Shown here piece by piece: positions 1-14,149 of a stretch of 64,000 nucleotides of DNA. Source of the DNA: Octopus sinensis (lineage: Eukaryota); the NCBI RefSeq assembly GCF_006345805.1, contig NC_043006.1, positions 66,278,001 through 66,342,000 on the forward strand, read 5' to 3'. The first letter of the stretch is position 1. Each line of letters opens with the position of its first letter. Below the pieces are notes generated by a model. The model saw only the letters and a program-made list of their open reading frames with translations, did no database searches and was not told the DNA's origin. The translations under genes and the position numbers were made by a program.

Positions 1-175
1 AATGTTCCTCGACTGTATAATGAAATGGTGAAAGCAGTGGACATGTTTCAATCTATTTAGATCTCTTCAGGGAAGTATATTTAATTGGTGTTGGCTAGAA
101 TGGTCAGATTATATATATAGGAAAGAAGGAATTTACTATATTGTGTGGCAACAGTATACATACATACAGTGTGTG

Positions 176-267
<92 letters not shown>

Positions 268-327
268 CATCTATCTATCTATCCATCCATCTACCTACCT
301 ACCTACCTATCTATCTATCTATCTATA

Positions 328-399
<72 letters not shown>

Positions 400-440
400 C
401 ATCCATCCATCTACGTATCTAGCTATCTACCTATCTACCT
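176..440. repeat. (TATC)n microsatellite
   Basis: Long tetranucleotide run; explains the 'IYLS' ORFs. Similar tracts lie at about 5930-6540, 15420-15570, 22700-22790, 43680-43745 and 49400-49480. Confidence 0.95.
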
Positions 441-454
441 AGGTTTACATATAC

Positions 455-575
455 TTTAGCATTTCTTCTGTCTTCATGTTCTGAGTTCAGATACCGCCGA
501 GGTCGACTGTGCTTTTGATCCTTTCGGGGTTGATAGAATAAGTACCAGTTGAGCTTTTGGGGTCGATGTAATCCA
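455..575 (+). mobile_element. tRNA-derived SINE fragment, family 1 (Meta-domain-like)
   Basis: gttctgagttcaga..cgccgaggtcgactgtgcttttgatcctttcggggttgatagaataagtaccagtt matches the fuller copies at 5078-5490. Confidence 0.75.
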
Positions 576-702
576 TGTCTGTGCAAAGGAAAACTCTGAA
601 GTTTGTGGAAGAGAGCATAAACAAAATGAGTAAGGTTACTTTTAAGTGGAAAGGAATTTACGCAGAGTGAATTGCAAAAGGTCGTACCATTATTATTATT
701 AC

Positions 703-774
<72 letters not shown>

Positions 775-1584
775 CCAGTAGTTTTATTTTTATAGCGTGC
801 TTTCACTTCACTACCGAGCGCAGCTCTGTGTGCCTTAGGTATGTGCTGTGATTTGTTGTGATGCTCTGATGGTTATTGTATGGAAAGTGTTCTGCGTATG
901 ATGTGTGCAGTGCCTGGTAGTGCAATTTTCTGTATGTTATATGTGTTTGTAAGTCCTGTGTTTTTGTTATGTATTTGTCTGAATATTTTTTTATCCTGCC
1001 TAATGCACCTACTATGATAGGAATTGTTTCTGTTTTTAGATTCCACATTCTGGTTACCTCTATTCCAGGTCTTTGTATTTTGAAAGTTTCTCTATTTCTT
1101 TTAGAGACACGTTGTCATCTGCCGGTATTGATACACAATTAGAAAGCATTTTTTCTTCATGGTCTCTGACAACTATATCTGGTCTGTTGGCCTTAATTTC
1201 TCTATCTGTGTGTATCGGCATATCCCAGTGTATGGTTGCCTTCTCGTTTTCTGTGACCTTTTCTGGTATGTGCCTATACCATCTTTTTTCTGTTGTTATT
1301 CCATAATGTTGGCATAGCTTCCAGTGTATGTAGGTTTCAACTCTGTCATGTCTGTGAATATATTCCTTCTTAGCCAGGACTGGGCAGCCAGAGATAATAT
1401 GATATATTGTTTCCTGTCCATCTCCACATATTCTGCAGTTACTTGTTATATTTCTTTTCATTACATGTTTTTGGTAATTTCTGGTGGGGAGGCTTTGGTC
1501 TTGTGCTGCAATTAAAAATCCCTCGTCTCTGCTTTGAGTCCTGAGCTCTTCTACCATTGCTGGGATTTTTCTTTGTCTATTTCT
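775..1584 (-). mobile_element. 5'-truncated RLE non-LTR retrotransposon (R4/Dong-like), 3' end
   Basis: CCHC knuckle CRICGDGQETIYHIISGC, RHD motif, RLE motif RPDIVV...KLSKY and IPIIVGALG; frameshifted; (TAA)n on both sides. Confidence 0.9.
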
Positions 1585-1603
1585 TTATTATTATTAATTA
1601 TTA

Positions 1604-1641
<38 letters not shown>

Positions 1642-1664
1642 TATTGTTATTATTATTATTATCA

Positions 1665-1700
<36 letters not shown>

Positions 1701-1729
1701 TTTATTATATTATTATTATTCATTATTGC

Positions 1730-1782
<53 letters not shown>

Positions 1783-1806
1783 TATTATTATTATTATTAT
1801 ATTATT

Positions 1807-2886
1807 GCACCTAACATTCTCAGCTTGTTCCTGAAAGTGCCATTACATTCGCATGAACTCAGCTTGTACTTTCTTTTCAAGTCTCGAGAACTTTCCAGAA
1901 GATTCCTTCCTTGCACTGCCAAGTAATGCTGCATTCTTCATGTGTCCTAATTTCCATTTTTATTCTTATCTTTTCCCACCAATTTCTAATTTCTTTGCTC
2001 TCAATATCTCGTCCACCAATAATTATTGGCACAATGTATATCTTTTTCATCGACCATAGCTTTTTGATTTCTCTCTTTAGAGCTTCTTATCTCGCCAGTT
2101 TTCTCTTTTCTTTTTTCTCGACGAGTTTTCTGTCTCCAGGGCAAGCTGCCTCCTTGGAAGATTCCATCTTTGATGTTAACAGAACCCAACCTTTGTCTTC
2201 TTGATGTGATTCCAGTCGACCTTTTATTCATAGTTTGATTCTGCAGATTCACGATATTGTGTGCAATTCCAAATATTTTCAAGCACTCCAGGATCCACGA
2301 ATGAGGAATCATATAATATGCTTTCCATAAGTCTATGAGGGGTTGTTCAGAACTCCCTGGCATTAAGACTATCGCGAAAGGTCTGGTTGGACGCCCAACC
2401 TTCCGAATATATCAACAGGGCTTAGAAAAAACTGAAGGACCAAGTGTGTAAATCTGAAAGGGGGAAATGTTGAAGAAAATCATTATTAACAGATCCTCCT
2501 GTATTTTGTTTTGCTCAAAGCCAGAAACTTTTCAGCACCACCACGTATTCACACCACCCCCAATTTCGTTTTGCACTTTTTGCAACCTTTCGGTTCTGTC
2601 TTGTCTATCAATATTTGATCGTCGTCTGTTCCTCTGCATCCTCGTTCGCATCCTTTTTGCTCTTCCGGTAAGGTGTTATTCTGATCCATAAATTCGTAGA
2701 TTGCATCTGCCCATATTTCGGTTAACAGCTTCCACATGATGAGTAAAGATGCTAATTGGCCTGAAGCTGTCAACAGTTTACCTTGACACTTCTTACTGAC
2801 TGTTCTGCCTCTGGCTAATCAGCTTGGGATTTGTGTGTCATTATTATTAAAATAAATCATCATCATCAACATTATTATTATTATTA

Positions 2887-2923
<37 letters not shown>

Positions 2924-2942
2924 GTTATTATTATTATTATCA

Positions 2943-2998
<56 letters not shown>

Positions 2999-3015
2999 TA
3001 TTATTGCTTATTATA

Positions 3016-3057
<42 letters not shown>

Positions 3058-4145
3058 CATTATTATTATTATTATTATTATTATTTGCACCTAACTTCTC
3101 AGCTTTTTCCTGAAAGTGCCATTACATTCGCATGAACTCAGCTTGTACTTTCTTTTCAAGTCTCGAGAACTTTCCAGAAGATTCCTTCCTTGCACTGCCA
3201 AGTAATGCTGCATTCTTCATGTGTCCTAATTTCCATTTTTATTCTTATCTTTTCCCACCAATTTCTAATTTCTTTGCTCTCAATATCTCGTCCACCAATA
3301 ATTATTGGCACAATGTATATCTTTTTCATCGACCATAGCTTTTTGATTTCTCTTTAGAGCTTCTTATCTCGCCAGTTTTCTCTTTTCTTTTTTCTCGACG
3401 AGTTTTCTGTCTCCAGGGCAAGCTGCCTCCTTGGAAGATTCCATCTTTGATGTTACAGAACCCAACCTTTGTCTTCTTGATGTGATTCCAGTCGAACCTT
3501 TTATTCATAGTTTGATTCTGCAGATTCAGATATTGTGTGCAATTCCAAATATTTTCAAGCACTACCACTCCAGGATCCACGAATGAGGATCATATAATAT
3601 GCTTTCCATAAGTCTATGAGGGGTTGTTCAGAACTCCCTGGCATTAAGACTATATCGCGAAGGTCTGGTTGGACGCCCAACCTTCCGAATATATCACAGG
3701 GCTTAGAAAAAACTGAAGACCAAGTGTGTAAATCTGAAAGGGGGAAATGTTGAAGAAAATCATTATTAACAGATCCTCCTGTATTTTGTTTTGCTCAAAG
3801 CCAGAAACTTTTCAGCACCACCACGTATTCACACCACCCCCAATTTCGTTTTGCACTTTTTGCAACCTTTCGGTTCTGTCTTGTCTATCAATATTGATCG
3901 TCGTCTGTTCCTCTGCTGCATCCTCGTTCGCATCCTTTTGCTCTTCCGGTAAGGTGTTATTCTGATCCATAAATTCGTAGATTGCATCTGCCATATTTCG
4001 GTTAACACTCCACATGATGAGTAAAGATGCTAATTGGCCTGAAGCTGTCAACAGTTTACCTTGACACTTCTTACTGACTGTTCTGCCTCTGGCTAATCAG
4101 CTGGGATTTGTGTGTCATTATTATTAAAATAAATCATCATCATCA
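1807..4145 (-). mobile_element. Tandem duplication (about 1.28 kb period) of decayed non-LTR RT fragments separated by (TAA)n
   Basis: 1807-2870 nearly identical to 3086-4145; RT motifs EQKGCERGCRGT..QILID, IPHSWILECLKIFG and GIFQG. Confidence 0.85.
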
Positions 4146-4169
4146 ACATTATTATTATTATTATTATTA

Positions 4170-4220
<51 letters not shown>

Positions 4221-4221
4221 G

Positions 4222-4986
4222 CCTTTGCACAGCTTCTAACGCTGGAGATGTATTACAGTGTTAGCTGTTCACTACCAAGGAACTAAGGTACCACCTCTTA
4301 TTTTTCGAGCAGCTTCCAGAGTATTCGAGCAGTTCCAAGCAGTGCTGTTTTCAGCAAGTGTTTTCTTATTGCAGTCCCTATTTGTTGCACGGGCTTCTCA
4401 AGATTTTTGCTCAATGTTCCGAGGGCTCAGACAATTATTGTTTCTACTGTTACCTTCTTCATCGACCACAACTGCTTAACTTTCCAAGCTAACCTGTCAT
4501 ATCTCTCAACTTTTCTTTCTTCCTTATCGCATACCTTGTTGTCAGATGGGCATGCTATATCTATGATCAAGCATAGTTTGTTTTCTCTCTCAAGTAAGAC
4601 TATGTCTGGCTTCCCATTCTCTATCTCATGGTCGCGCTGAATCATAAAATCACATAGGATTTTTACATTTCTATTTTCGTCGATGCTTTCAGGTTTGTTA
4701 TCGTACCAAATTTTTGCCCTGTCAAGTCCATACTTTTTGCAGAGTGTCCAATGGACAAGCCTGGCTATATTGTCGCTGCGTCTCTTACATTCCTTCTGGG
4801 CTAGTGGCGTACATTGGCTGGTAATATGCCATACGGTTTCACCGTTTTGTCCATAGATTCTGCACTTATCACTTTCTGCTGTGTTGTCTTGTCTGTATTT
4901 TATGTAGTTTGTTCTTAGTGCTTGCTCTTGGGCAGCACAAATTAGAGCCTCCGTTTCCGGTTTTAAATCACTTTTAGTCATCCACA
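4222..4986 (-). mobile_element. 5'-truncated RLE non-LTR retrotransposon, second family, 3' end
   Basis: ETEALICAAQEQAL, CRIYG...HITSQC, KPDIVL...IIDIACPSD..KEERKVERY; flanked by (TAA)n at about 4150-4220 and 4987-5077. Confidence 0.9.
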
Positions 4987-5016
4987 TTATTATTATTATT
5001 ATTATTATCATTATTA

Positions 5017-5077
<61 letters not shown>

Positions 5078-5490
5078 GAGGTGCTGAGCTGGCAGAATCG
5101 TTAGCATGCCGGGCAAAATGCTTAGCGGTATTTCGCCTGCCGCTACGTTCTGAGTTCAAATTCTTGCCTTTCATCCTTTCGGGGTCGATAAATTAAGTAC
5201 CAGTTGATCACTGGAATCGATGTAATCGACTGGTCACCCCCCCCGCCAATTTCAGGTATTGTGCCTATAGCAGAAAGGATTATTATTATTATTTTCAAGG
5301 CGGCGAGCTGGCAGAACCATTAGCAGCCGGGCCAAATGTTTAGCGTCATTTCGTCTGTCTTTATGTTCTGAGTTCAAATTCCGCCGAGGTCGACTTTGCC
5401 TTTCGTTCTTTCGTTAATCATTGACATCGAAGTGAACGACTTGACCCCAAAATTGCTGGCCTTGTACCAAAATTTGAAGCCATTAACATT
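5078..5490 (+). mobile_element. Two tandem family-1 SINEs (Meta-domain-like)
   Basis: Head ggcggcgagctggcagaatcgttagc, B-box-like gagttcaaat, central gcctttcatcctttcggggtcgataaattaagtaccag and an (ATT)n tail. Other copies at about 10825-10960(-), 31487-31690(+), 39838-39960(+), 44780-45000(-), 59188-59375(-) and 60715-61050(-). Confidence 0.85.
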
Positions 5491-5922
5491 ATTACGCTAA
5501 ACTTCTCGATTACCTTCGTCACCCATGAGAAACGAACCTGAGATAAGTAGTGAATGTAATTCGAAACCAGATCGCTTCTCAAGTGGCAATAAATACCCAT
5601 CGTTCTCATCACCACTAACAACCACCAACAACGGCCATTTTAATTCATTACTATCAAAACCAAACTACCCACAAGTGGTGTTGGTGTTGGTGTTGGTGGT
5701 GGTGGTGGTGGTGGTGGTGGTGGTGGTGGTGGTGGTGGTGGTGTTGGTGTTGGTGGTGGTGGTGGTGGTGGTCGTGCTGCTGCTGCTGCTGCATCGCCAG
5801 TACAAACACCATTATCAAGACACTACTGCCTCCACTCATATCACCACCACTCTTATTCTCATTGCTACAAACCTGAACGCTTTGTTATCGCACGTCGCTC
5901 GATACGTATCATTATTATCTAT

Positions 5923-5971
<49 letters not shown>

Positions 5972-6015
5972 CCTACCTATCTGTCTGTCTGTCTGTCTGT
6001 CTGTCTCTCCCCTCG

Positions 6016-6051
<36 letters not shown>

Positions 6052-6078
6052 GTCAATCTGTCTGTCTATCTTTGTCTG

Positions 6079-6129
<51 letters not shown>

Positions 6130-6284
6130 CTGTCTATCTATCTATTTATCTATCTGTTTGTTTGTCTATCTGTCTGTCTGTCTCTTCCTTTCTCTCTCTC
6201 TCTCTCTCTATCTATTTATCTATCTGTCTGTCTGTCTGTCTATCTGTCTATCTGTCTGTTTGTCTTTCTCTCTCTCTCCATTTC

Positions 6285-6360
<76 letters not shown>

Positions 6361-6364
6361 ATCG

Positions 6365-6437
<73 letters not shown>

Positions 6438-6488
6438 AGTCTGTTTGTCTATCTATCTATCTATCCATCTGTCTGTCTGTCTATCTGT

Positions 6489-6535
<47 letters not shown>

Positions 6536-6565
6536 CATCTACCTATATTTCTATATATTTCTATG

Positions 6566-6604
<39 letters not shown>

Positions 6605-6924
6605 ACGCGCGCATGTGAATGTAAACACGTACGTTTGAAAGTATGTGTGTGCGCGTGTGTGCGCGCGCGTGTGTGTGGCGTGTTCTTGCGGAATTTACTT
6701 AACAGGTTAAATGACAGATTGACCTGTTTTATTGTTGGGTCTTTTTTTTTCATATCTTAAAAAGTCTTTCCTCTTTACTTTTCTGTGTCTCAATCCCTCA
6801 CTCTTTCTTCTTTTCCTCCCTCCCCTTCTCTCTCTCTCCCTCCCATTTCTCCCCCCCCCCCCACATTCACCACCCCCTCCATATTCCACCCTCCAACTCT
6901 CAAAGTCACGACCAATCTCCTACC

Positions 6925-7660
6925 CGGTCGTCGCCACCACCACCACCCACCACTTGCCACCACCACACACCACCACCACCACACCACCACCACACCACCA
7001 CCACCACCACCACCACTGCCCCAACCACCACCACCACTGCCACCACCACACAGATCCACAGTATGTCACCAAGTTTTGATTTATACACCTTTGGGCCACA
7101 CTGCAGAACACCAAGCTGGCGTTGTGCTCACCACCCCACCACCACTGTGCTGCTGTTGCTGACTGTGTTATGATTGCTGCTGTTGTTGTTGTGCTGCAGT
7201 GCACGTTGCTGTTGTGTTGCTTGTGATGCCGTTGCTGCTGCTGTTGTGCTATTGCGCTGCAGTTGATGATGCTGCTGCTGCTGCTGCTGTTGTTGTTGTT
7301 GCTGCTGCCGTTGCTGCTGTTGCTGTTGTTGTTATTGTCGTTACTGCTGCAGCTGCTGTTGTTGCTATTGTCGTTACTGCTGCAGCTGCTGTTGTTGTTA
7401 TTGTCGTTACTGCTGCAGCTGCTGTTGTTGTTATTGTTGCTGTTGTTACTGTTATTGCTGCTGCTGCTGTTGCTTGTTACTATTGTCGTTGCTGTTGCAG
7501 CTGCTGCTGTTGCCGTTGTTGCTGTCATTGCTACTACTGTTGTCGCTGTTGCTGCTGTTGATATTGTTGCTGCTGTAAGTGATAGTGGTATTGTTCTCGC
7601 TGCAGTTGTTGCTGCTGCTACTGCTGCTGCTGCTGCTGTTGTTGTTGTTAGTGGTGGTGA
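6925..7660. repeat. Cryptic (CAC)n then (GCT/GTT)n trinucleotide tract
   Basis: Mixed triplet repeats with a 33-bp higher-order unit repeated about 3 times at 7331-7430. Confidence 0.85.
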
Positions 7661-9049
7661 CGTTGATGTCGTGCAGTTGTGTGCCCCGTCGCCTTTCACA
7701 TTCAATCAGTTCTGATGCAGCAGACATTTGACAACGCTTAACCAAACACATGTGACCCCCACACGTCCCCAACCCAAGATCTCCTATGCCTCTCTTCATT
7801 TGTCCACTACATTCTACCAACCGATTTGCACGGGTTAAATGTATGCAGTGCAGAAGTACAATGGTCGTTGCCTGCTGTGTATATTGTACTTACGCCATCG
7901 TCCAGTCTGTTTTTGTATCTGTGTTGTGGGGGTATGAGACGTTTTGGCACAGGCATTTTGGCGCCGCTTACTTAGCGTCGCTGATTCGACGCTGACTTAT
8001 TTGACATCAGACGTTTAAATCTTTCTCTCCTTTTCTCCCTCCTCTCTTTCTCCTACTGCCTCTCTTTGTTGTGTGTCGGCATAATTCTTTTTATGCATAT
8101 GAAAGGTAAAGTGTTTATGTCAATCGATTTCAACTAATAAATTGTTCTATCTCTCTCTTTCTCCCCACGCCTCTCTCTCCTTCTCTCTCCCCCTCTCTCT
8201 TCTCTCCCCTCTCTCTCTCTGAGTGTGTTTATGTCTCTGGGCATATTTCTCTATTGTATGTGGGTTGCATGATTTTGTATGTGAATTCGTTTGGTGAAAC
8301 ATTTTGAGAAAGACAAGGATACCGTAACGCCAATAATAAACACGCACTGGCTCAATGTCACTTCAGTATTTATTTGTTAATATGTTGTTGTTATTTATCC
8401 ATGGGTAATCCCTGATTTGTCAGGTCTATGACCCCAAAAGGCACAAGAAATGACTATCACGTCTTCTATGTGCATCTAGTAACATATTCTCTCAATATAT
8501 GTTTTCTGGGTTAAAACGGTAGCGGTTGATTTGTTGGTTCATGAAGATGGACTCGTGCACGAAATGGAGAGAGCAAATGAAGAGTCAGAAGAAGATTTGG
8601 ACTCGGAATTGTTACATGATGGAAACCACTCGTTAATTTTATAGTGCTACTACTGCTTGCAGGAACTTGTTCCATACTTGTGGTGTCTATTGAGAACAAA
8701 ATAGATGGGTTATGTGGAAGGTGTATACATACATGAATGCACACATACACACATACATACATACATTCATATATACACACATACATGTATGTATACATTC
8801 GTACATATATTCACACATACATACAAGCATGTATGCGTACATACATATATTCATACCTACATACATACATACATACATACATACATACATACATACATAC
8901 ATACATACATACATACATACATACATACATACGTACACATGCATATACATCATATATTTTATATTTTAACGAGAGCATCTATATATATATATATATACAC
9001 ATACATGTATTTATATATTTATATAAAAAGTAATCTAACTATATATATA

Positions 9050-9098
<49 letters not shown>

Positions 9099-9277
9099 CA
9101 CATATTTACATGCATATATATGTTAATATATGTGTATGTTTTGTGTGTGCGTGTCTGTGTACATTCATATACACATACACTTATACATGTATACACATAT
9201 TTACATACACATACACAAATATATAAATACAAACATACATATCTGTGTGTGTGCATGTGTGCGTACGAGTGTGTCTA

Positions 9278-9341
<64 letters not shown>

Positions 9342-9351
9342 TACAAGAAAT

Positions 9352-9385
<34 letters not shown>

Positions 9386-9914
9386 GGCCATCATAAAAAG
9401 CAACACACTACCAGAAAGCCAGGCGAAAAAAAGCTGAAGATACGAACGAAGCAACGCAGTAAATACATAAATGAAAACAGTTTTTTATATATTTTTTACT
9501 CCGCTACAGAAGAGTTCCTGTCAAGAAAAGAACAGCAAATGAAAACGAAAACCGCTTCGAACAGAAATGCATGATAAAACGTTACTTCATCAATCGAGTT
9601 GATTTGCTGTTGAGTAATAAATTTAAGATCTACGGCGTTGCTTATATTTAATCGCGATTAATCTTTGAGAGATTATGATTGATAGTTATGCTATGTAACC
9701 GAACACACACAATTTTATAACAATTTCTTGTTTGCTCATTCCAGCTTCTTCTGATAAATCGGAATATTTGAGAGGAAAAGAAGTGATAGTAAATTGTTTT
9801 TAAGATACTTTAAGCTATGCAGTGAAAAAAAGTTACGAGCGCTTGGCAAAACCTAATGTCGACCCAAGTGTGGTCGGGTTGCCCTGAAGGTGTTTTTTTT
9901 ATCTAGTTGCTCTT

Positions 9915-10158
9915 TAACTTGTTTGTTTCATTCATTTGACTGCAGCCATGCTGGAGCACCGCCTTTAGTTGAACAAATCGACCCCAGGACTCATTCTTTT
10001 GTAAGCCTAGTACTTATTCTATCGGGTCACTTTTTGCCGAACCGTTAAGTTACGTGGACGTAAATACACCAGCATCGGTCGTCAAGCGATGGTGGGAGGA
10101 CACAGACAGACGAACAGGCACACACACACACACACACACACAAACATACACACACACA

Positions 10159-10190
<32 letters not shown>

Positions 10191-10399
10191 TACACACATA
10201 TTACATATAAGAGACCAAAGTGTACCTATGCCGCCATATGTATATAAAAAGGAATACAAAAACAGCCGAAATTGCAAAGATAATCTGGAACTCGACTGAG
10301 GAAAGAAAACTCCGAATGACCCGTCCTTGTTTTTTCTTCTCCCTTTTTTTGTATCATCTGTCTTTGTTTTTTTGCGTTCTTGTCCAATTTCTTGTATTC

Positions 10400-10475
<76 letters not shown>

Positions 10476-10615
10476 CACACGACGGGCTTCTTTCAGTTTC
10501 TGTCTATTAAATCCACTCAAAAGGCATTGGTCTGCCCAAGGTGCTACGCAGTGGAACTGAAACCGGAACAATGTGGTTGGTAAGCAAGCTACTTACCACA
10601 CAGCTATTCCTGCTC
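9915..10615 (-). mobile_element. Bipartite tRNA-derived SINE, family 2 (CORE-like), with an internal microsatellite and a nested insert
   Basis: Head gctgtgtggtaagtagcttgc..ccggttcag, CORE-like caccttgggca, (TA)/(TG) spacer and tail ggtgctccagcatggc..gactgaaacaag. Other copies at 12445-12905(-), 21465-22180(-), 30160-30550(-), 33060-33435(-), 42110-42495(-), 47443-47965(+), 48378-48900(+), 53290-53710(-), 57240-57745(-) and 62735-62880(+). Confidence 0.85.
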
Positions 10616-12681
10616 CTTTAGTTGTACCCTTTTTTTTACTAAAAACAGCAGCGAAATCTTTCTTAAATCCGTCTACTTGTATGAAATGAGGAAGGATACA
10701 TTGGATAATGTAGCCTTAGACATATTAGATCTTGATTGAATAGAAGCAAAAAAGAAAACTAGGTGGCCAAGCCATAAACGCATTAGATTCCAGGCCAGTC
10801 CTCTACATTAGGGTCGACCTGCTGCTAACTGGTACTTATTTAATCGACGCCCAAAAGGACTAAAAGCAAGATCGACCTCGGTGGAATTTGAACTCAGAAC
10901 GTAGCGGCAAACGAAATACCGCCCGGCATGCTAACGATTCTGCCAAGCTCACCACCTTTGTCAAGTAATAAATAATGAGAAAGGAAAAAAATTCCAATTC
11001 CAATTCCAACAGACGTAAATGAATGTTCAGTCACTTAGAAATGACGATAAAGGAAATTAATTGAAAAAGAAAAACAAAAATTGAAGAGATAAAATTCATA
11101 CAAATTGAAAACAGGACGTAACCCTGTTCTATATCATATAACATAAAACTAGAGGGGCCTTATCGGGTAAGCTAATCGTGCTATAGAAATAATTACAGCG
11201 CAAATAAATGAGATAGATATGACGGGGGTATAAAACCGTATAATCTATGCCACAGTGGGTGTATATGTGTATGTAGTAATTAAAGTTGTTGGTGTCGAAA
11301 GCTATGAGGAAACAACAAAAGTAAAACAACGGGTTAAAACTACATTTATTATAGAATCAGAATGGAAACAAAACATTTTCATCGGAGGAGGATATCAACA
11401 GAAAGAAAATGGACGGAGATTAAAAATAAACAATAATGCATAAAAAATATCTGTCAAGGAATAAAAAAAGCTGCTGAGATGATTAAGACTTTAAAAAACC
11501 ACAAAGAAAAAGGAAAAAATTAAAGAAAGAGAAATCTTCGATAAATTATATCAAAATAATAAAACAATATATAAATTAAACATGTGGTGGGCTCTGGTGG
11601 CAAGTTAGCGTAAGGGAGATAATCATTTCTAGATAATACTTGGTGGGATTACAAAGTGTGAATTTGAAATCAAATAATAACGAAGAAAATGCATAGAATA
11701 TACATATTTAATTCTTTTTATTTTATTTTATTTATTTATCTATTTATTTTTTGCTTACCTGTTACGAAAGTCTTTAAATTTCTCGTCTTAGTTAATCGTG
11801 TAAATCTGGGACACAACGTCCAGCTTCACGCTCTCCGGCTCCAACCTCGCTGCATCAGCTGCAGACCCGGGATCGCCGTCCGTCGAGCAGAGCAGAGAAC
11901 AATAAATAAATAAATAAATAAATAAATAAATAGAGGGCTTGGCCAGCCACTATCAGTTTGTTGAGGCCTCAGGTGTTCTCGGACCCCACACTACCTACCG
12001 GTTTCCTCCCCACAATCCTGATAACGGCAGTCCGTCTGAGAAATGAGCTACGCGAGGTGGCATGGCTACTGTAACGAGTGTCGCTGGTCATTCTTCGCGG
12101 CAACGCCATCACGGTCATAAACACAGGGCACGGCTTAACAGACAATTTATTCTGAGAGGTGTGCAGCCCGTTGATCCCACCTCCTCCATCTTCTGTTGCT
12201 TAACCACACCTATTTTTTTCTTTTCCTGTTTCTTTTTTCCCTCGTAACTAAATTGTGATAAATAAAAGTATTTCATTCTTATTTAAAATCCTCAGCATGA
12301 TACAACTCGAGGTAAAGAAATTAGACTAAATTAGACATTTTACGAAACGAATTTCTTACAGATTGGAAATAATTACAGGTGAGAGGAAAATGGAATGCAT
12401 GTGGTTTAGCTTTACTTCTGCATTTTCTTCATGGAGCGTTAATTCTTTTATCTTTTACTTGTTTCAGTCATTAGACTGTGGCCATGCTAGAGCATCAACT
12501 TGATGAACATTAGTCGAACGAATCGACCCCAGCACTATTGTGTTTTTTAAACCTGGTCTTTAATTCTAACGGTGACTTAACCGAACCGCAAGGTTACTGG
12601 GACGTAAACACAAGAGCACCGGTTGTCAAGTGATGGTGGGGGACAAGCACAAAGAAACACACACAGACGCACACACACACA

Positions 12682-12748
<67 letters not shown>

Positions 12749-13031
12749 ATATATATACGACAAGCTTCTTACAGTTTCCGTCTACCACATCCACTCACAA
12801 GGCCTTGGTCGGTTCGAGGGTACGGTAGAAGACTCTTGCCGAAGGTGCCACGGAATGGTACCGAACCCGGAACAACGTGGTTGGGAAACAAGCATGTTAT
12901 CACACACCCACATTATCATTTAGTAAAACAATTAACATGATCCCAGGAAAGATTTCAGAAGAAAGAAAAAAAACAGCGAATTTGAGAGGAAACACAAGTG
13001 TTTGCTGAAAATATGGGTAACAGAACCAATA

Positions 13032-13234
13032 ACAGTTCTATATTTAAGAGATGAGGAATTATGTACATTATTTACATTATTTACATTTGAAAGACATCTG
13101 TCCTCATCTTGTTTGTTGCTAACACTGATATACGCTCCAGCCTTCATCGGGTGTCTTGGGGAAATTTCAAACCTGGGTTCTCATTCCTAAGGTACTTTTA
13201 GATGTTGTTGTTGTTGTTGTTGTTATTATTATTA

Positions 13235-13267
<33 letters not shown>

Positions 13268-13340
13268 AGTCACTGCTTGGAATCGAACTCGGAAACTTAG
13301 GGTTAGTAGCCCGTGTTCTTAACCACTACGCCATAGGCCC
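13032..13340 (-). mobile_element. tRNA-headed SINE, family 3, with a decayed hammerhead-like segment
   Basis: Minus strand reads tggcgtagtgg (A box)...gagttcgattcc (B box), (AAT)n, then the same body as 45232-45540; the HHR core is mutated and partly deleted. A further fragment lies at 13465-13540. Confidence 0.8.
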
Positions 13341-14149
13341 GTAATGTGGTTCAGTTCACATTCTTTTACTGCATTATTTATGCAGTAAATCACTTGACAT
13401 ATTCCAGCACCTCCCCCACCTCTCCCCCAATCCCTACTTCTTTCTTGCTGTTATCTGTTCTCATTTACATTATTTACATTATTTACATTTGACGGATATT
13501 TGTCCTCATCTTGTTTTTGTTAACACAATGTTTCGGCTGATGATGGGGAGGATAATGACAATGATAATGATGACAATGATGATGATGAATACTTAACGAC
13601 CGCAGTGGGGGTGGGATTACAGGAGCGAACTGAAAATCGAAGGGGTTGCATGGATTTAACTATGGAAATAAAACGACAATTAGCGCAGCAGCTTTATTAA
13701 TACATGTCTATCAGTTCCCATTTGTAAATGAGGCAATCACTTCCGGAAAGGACATTGATAGATAACCTGTAAAGGTAGACATAGGCACTTTCCATGAACA
13801 ACAATACTTGCCTTGAACATAAGATCAACAACATCATCATCATTATTACCATCAGCGTCTCATCATCACAACTCCTAACATCACCACAACCACCACCACC
13901 ACCATCAACAACGCCACTCTTATCATAATAGTCGCCGCAACCATTCTCCTCTCCACACCCTCACCACCTTGTCCTCCTCCTCCTTCTCATCACCATCATC
14001 ATCGTCATCAACATCCATCTTCTAACTGTTGTTACGGTTAATGTCATTATTCCGTGACTCTGCGCTGCAATTAAAAAAGAAAATCGATCAATCAATCTAT
14101 TAATCAATCTATCGATAAATCGATGAATCAATTAACCTTATCACCATAA

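Noticed and set aside
5525-7820. Long ORFs (411, 261 and 150 aa) as host genes
   Set aside because: They are translations of GGT, TATC, CT, GT and GCT/GTT repeats, are open in several frames, and show no domain.
13265-13340. Functional tRNA gene
   Set aside because: It has A and B boxes but no proper acceptor stem, and it is joined to a repeated SINE body.
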